A stretch of DNA of 62,357 bases, filler included, from Rhabdomonas costata (Eukaryota), in the NCBI GenBank assembly GCA_019059605.1. It is 28 parts of 28 records of this genome, joined end to end, with 100 filler letters (N's around TTAATTAATTAA, not from the genome) between each part and the next. Parts side by side here need not be neighbours in the genome. Positions count along the whole stretch, not along the records: positions 60,229 to 62,357 come from JAHMHO010005427.1; 27 more parts are not named here. One strand, 5' to 3'. A model generated the notes under the pieces. It searched no databases, was not told the DNA's origin, and saw nothing but the letters and a program-made list of their open reading frames with translations. Positions 61,027 to 62,357 of this stretch are shown piece by piece. A program made the position numbers and the translations under genes. Positions within the stretch are counted from its first letter, which is position 1. Each line of letters begins with the position of its first letter.

Positions 61027-62357
61027 GTTGGGCAGCGCAGAGGAAGTGGGGTTTTGTTTGCAGCGAGGACGCAGTAAAACGTGCTGCTAGTGCGGTGGCC
61101 TTGGTTTGAAACAGGCTAACAACTCATTCGCTGTGGTGCCTTAGGATAGTCTGTCACGCTGTGCCCAGAGAGATTCCATGAGTCGTCTCCGACGGCCCAA
61201 TAAAGAGTGAACCAATTCATGCGATTTAGGAGCAACAAAAGAAGCACCTTGCCTCCCGTTCGCACTCACGCACGCTCGCACACACGCACGCTCGCACACA
61301 CGCGACCACAATGCCGTAGACGCGGTGCAGGAAGGCCTTTTGCAGGTGGGGATGCCGTTCATGCCCAACCAGCTCACGATCCTCTTGGGGGCTTTCTGTG
61401 GGGGCAGAGACTCAAGCCCACGGCCCTCAAAAACGGTGCTTGTGAACATCTGCGCCACACTGGCATGAAGAGGTGGTCAACCCCCTTTCTTGTGGTACAG
61501 TATCCGCCCCGTTGTCACGATTGGTAAGAGTTTTAACGATCGTCATAACATCTGATGTGAGTTATGACGATATTCCAAGAAGCCTTTACAAGAGTTAGGT
61601 GGGGAAGCACGTAATTCCTGGTATTCCATAGAATTCTGGTGAGCACTTACTTCAGGTTTACAACGATTGTTAAAGATTCATTGTTTGTTACGATCCTTTT
61701 CACGTTTGTAATTATGATCGCTATTACAATAACGTTTCGAAATTGTTTACCGAGCCCTCGAAATGAAGGTGCTAGTTGCAATACAAAAGCTTAGAAAAAA
61801 AGATGTGCTAACATTGAGCGTGGTATAATCAACACAAAAACAAGACACAACTTTGTGCCACGTGTTCGCAGGAACGACGAACGGCGACATCCTGAATGGC
61901 TCGGAGATGGGCCGGAGTCGCCAACATGCAAGGGAGAAGGGTGTGCTAGCTTGATCGATGAGGGAACAAAAATGTGGGAGGAACACATGCTGGAATACAT
62001 CGGGGGATCGGCACAATGGGTAGTGGAAAGGACGAGAAAGCGCAGCTACCAACGTCAAAGAGTAAGGCCTCCTCGGTCTTGCATGATCCACCTCGAAGGG
62101 TGCTTGTTCCTCGGGAGGTCGCCCCTGCAAAAGTCTTCTGCTCCATTGGACAGGCCCTTCCTGAAAAAGCACTTGATGACAAAAATAGGAGGATGTCTGC
62201 AGCGTGCACACACAAAAAAGAGCCAGCGAAATCGCCCGAGAAATTCACACAAGGTCATGCCTTCCCATTGATATTCTGAAACTCTGAAGCTACTATTTCA
62301 TATTGAGCTGGCTGTCTCTTTTCTTTCTTCCACAAAAGAGACAAAGACACAAAACCC

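Noticed and set aside
61520..61750. Structured ncRNA (atcgtcataac/gttatgacgat hairpin, ACGAT-rich)
   Set aside because: Only an 11-bp stem, with no recognisable RNA family or second copy in the window.
1..62357. Operon, gene cluster or multi-gene system inferred from neighbouring genes
   Set aside because: Neighbours lie on different contigs joined by artificial linkers, apparently ordered by length.
1..62357. Euglenid non-conventional (non GT/GC-AG, stem-forming) introns
   Set aside because: Every intron I could anchor on conserved protein motifs is GT-AG or GC-AG. Some may hide in the unresolved genes, but none is supportable.
1..62357. rRNA, tRNA, snRNA or SL-RNA genes
   Set aside because: None recognised by eye. 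An Infernal/tRNAscan run would be needed to exclude them.

Overview
This window is not one locus. It is 28 unrelated contigs of about 2.13 kb joined by 27 artificial 100-nt linkers (44 N + TTAATTAATTAA + 44 N), so gene order across linkers carries no information. The DNA comes from an intron-rich, flagellated eukaryote, most plausibly a euglenid (inference). Splicing exons by hand recovers fragments of a TPR protein, an LCLAT1/LPAT-type acyltransferase, an FHA protein, Dcp2, an outer-arm beta-type dynein heavy chain, a TRPV-like channel, glutamate-cysteine ligase, TCTP, Aurora kinase, a GH81 beta-1,3-glucanase, an ABCG/PDR transporter, HYDIN, an ESAG4-like Venus-flytrap receptor ectodomain, an atypical SDR, a CAMK-type kinase, aminopeptidase P and a PrpE-like acyl-CoA synthetase. 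The most notable points are: frequent GC-AG introns with degenerate donors; an in-frame TAG inside an otherwise intact SDR; a dispersed module made of a 51-bp unit plus a GC hairpin, next to a possible Merlin/IS1595-like transposase N-terminus; a second dispersed repeat family with 4 copies; an AT-rich, intronless, decayed contig carrying a Mimiviridae-type AAAATTGA motif; and G/T-only 5' ends with A/C-only 3' ends suggesting degenerate-primer whole-genome amplification. All family calls rest on motifs recognised by eye, with no database searches. I found no complete novel multi-gene system, and 2-kb fragments could not show one.
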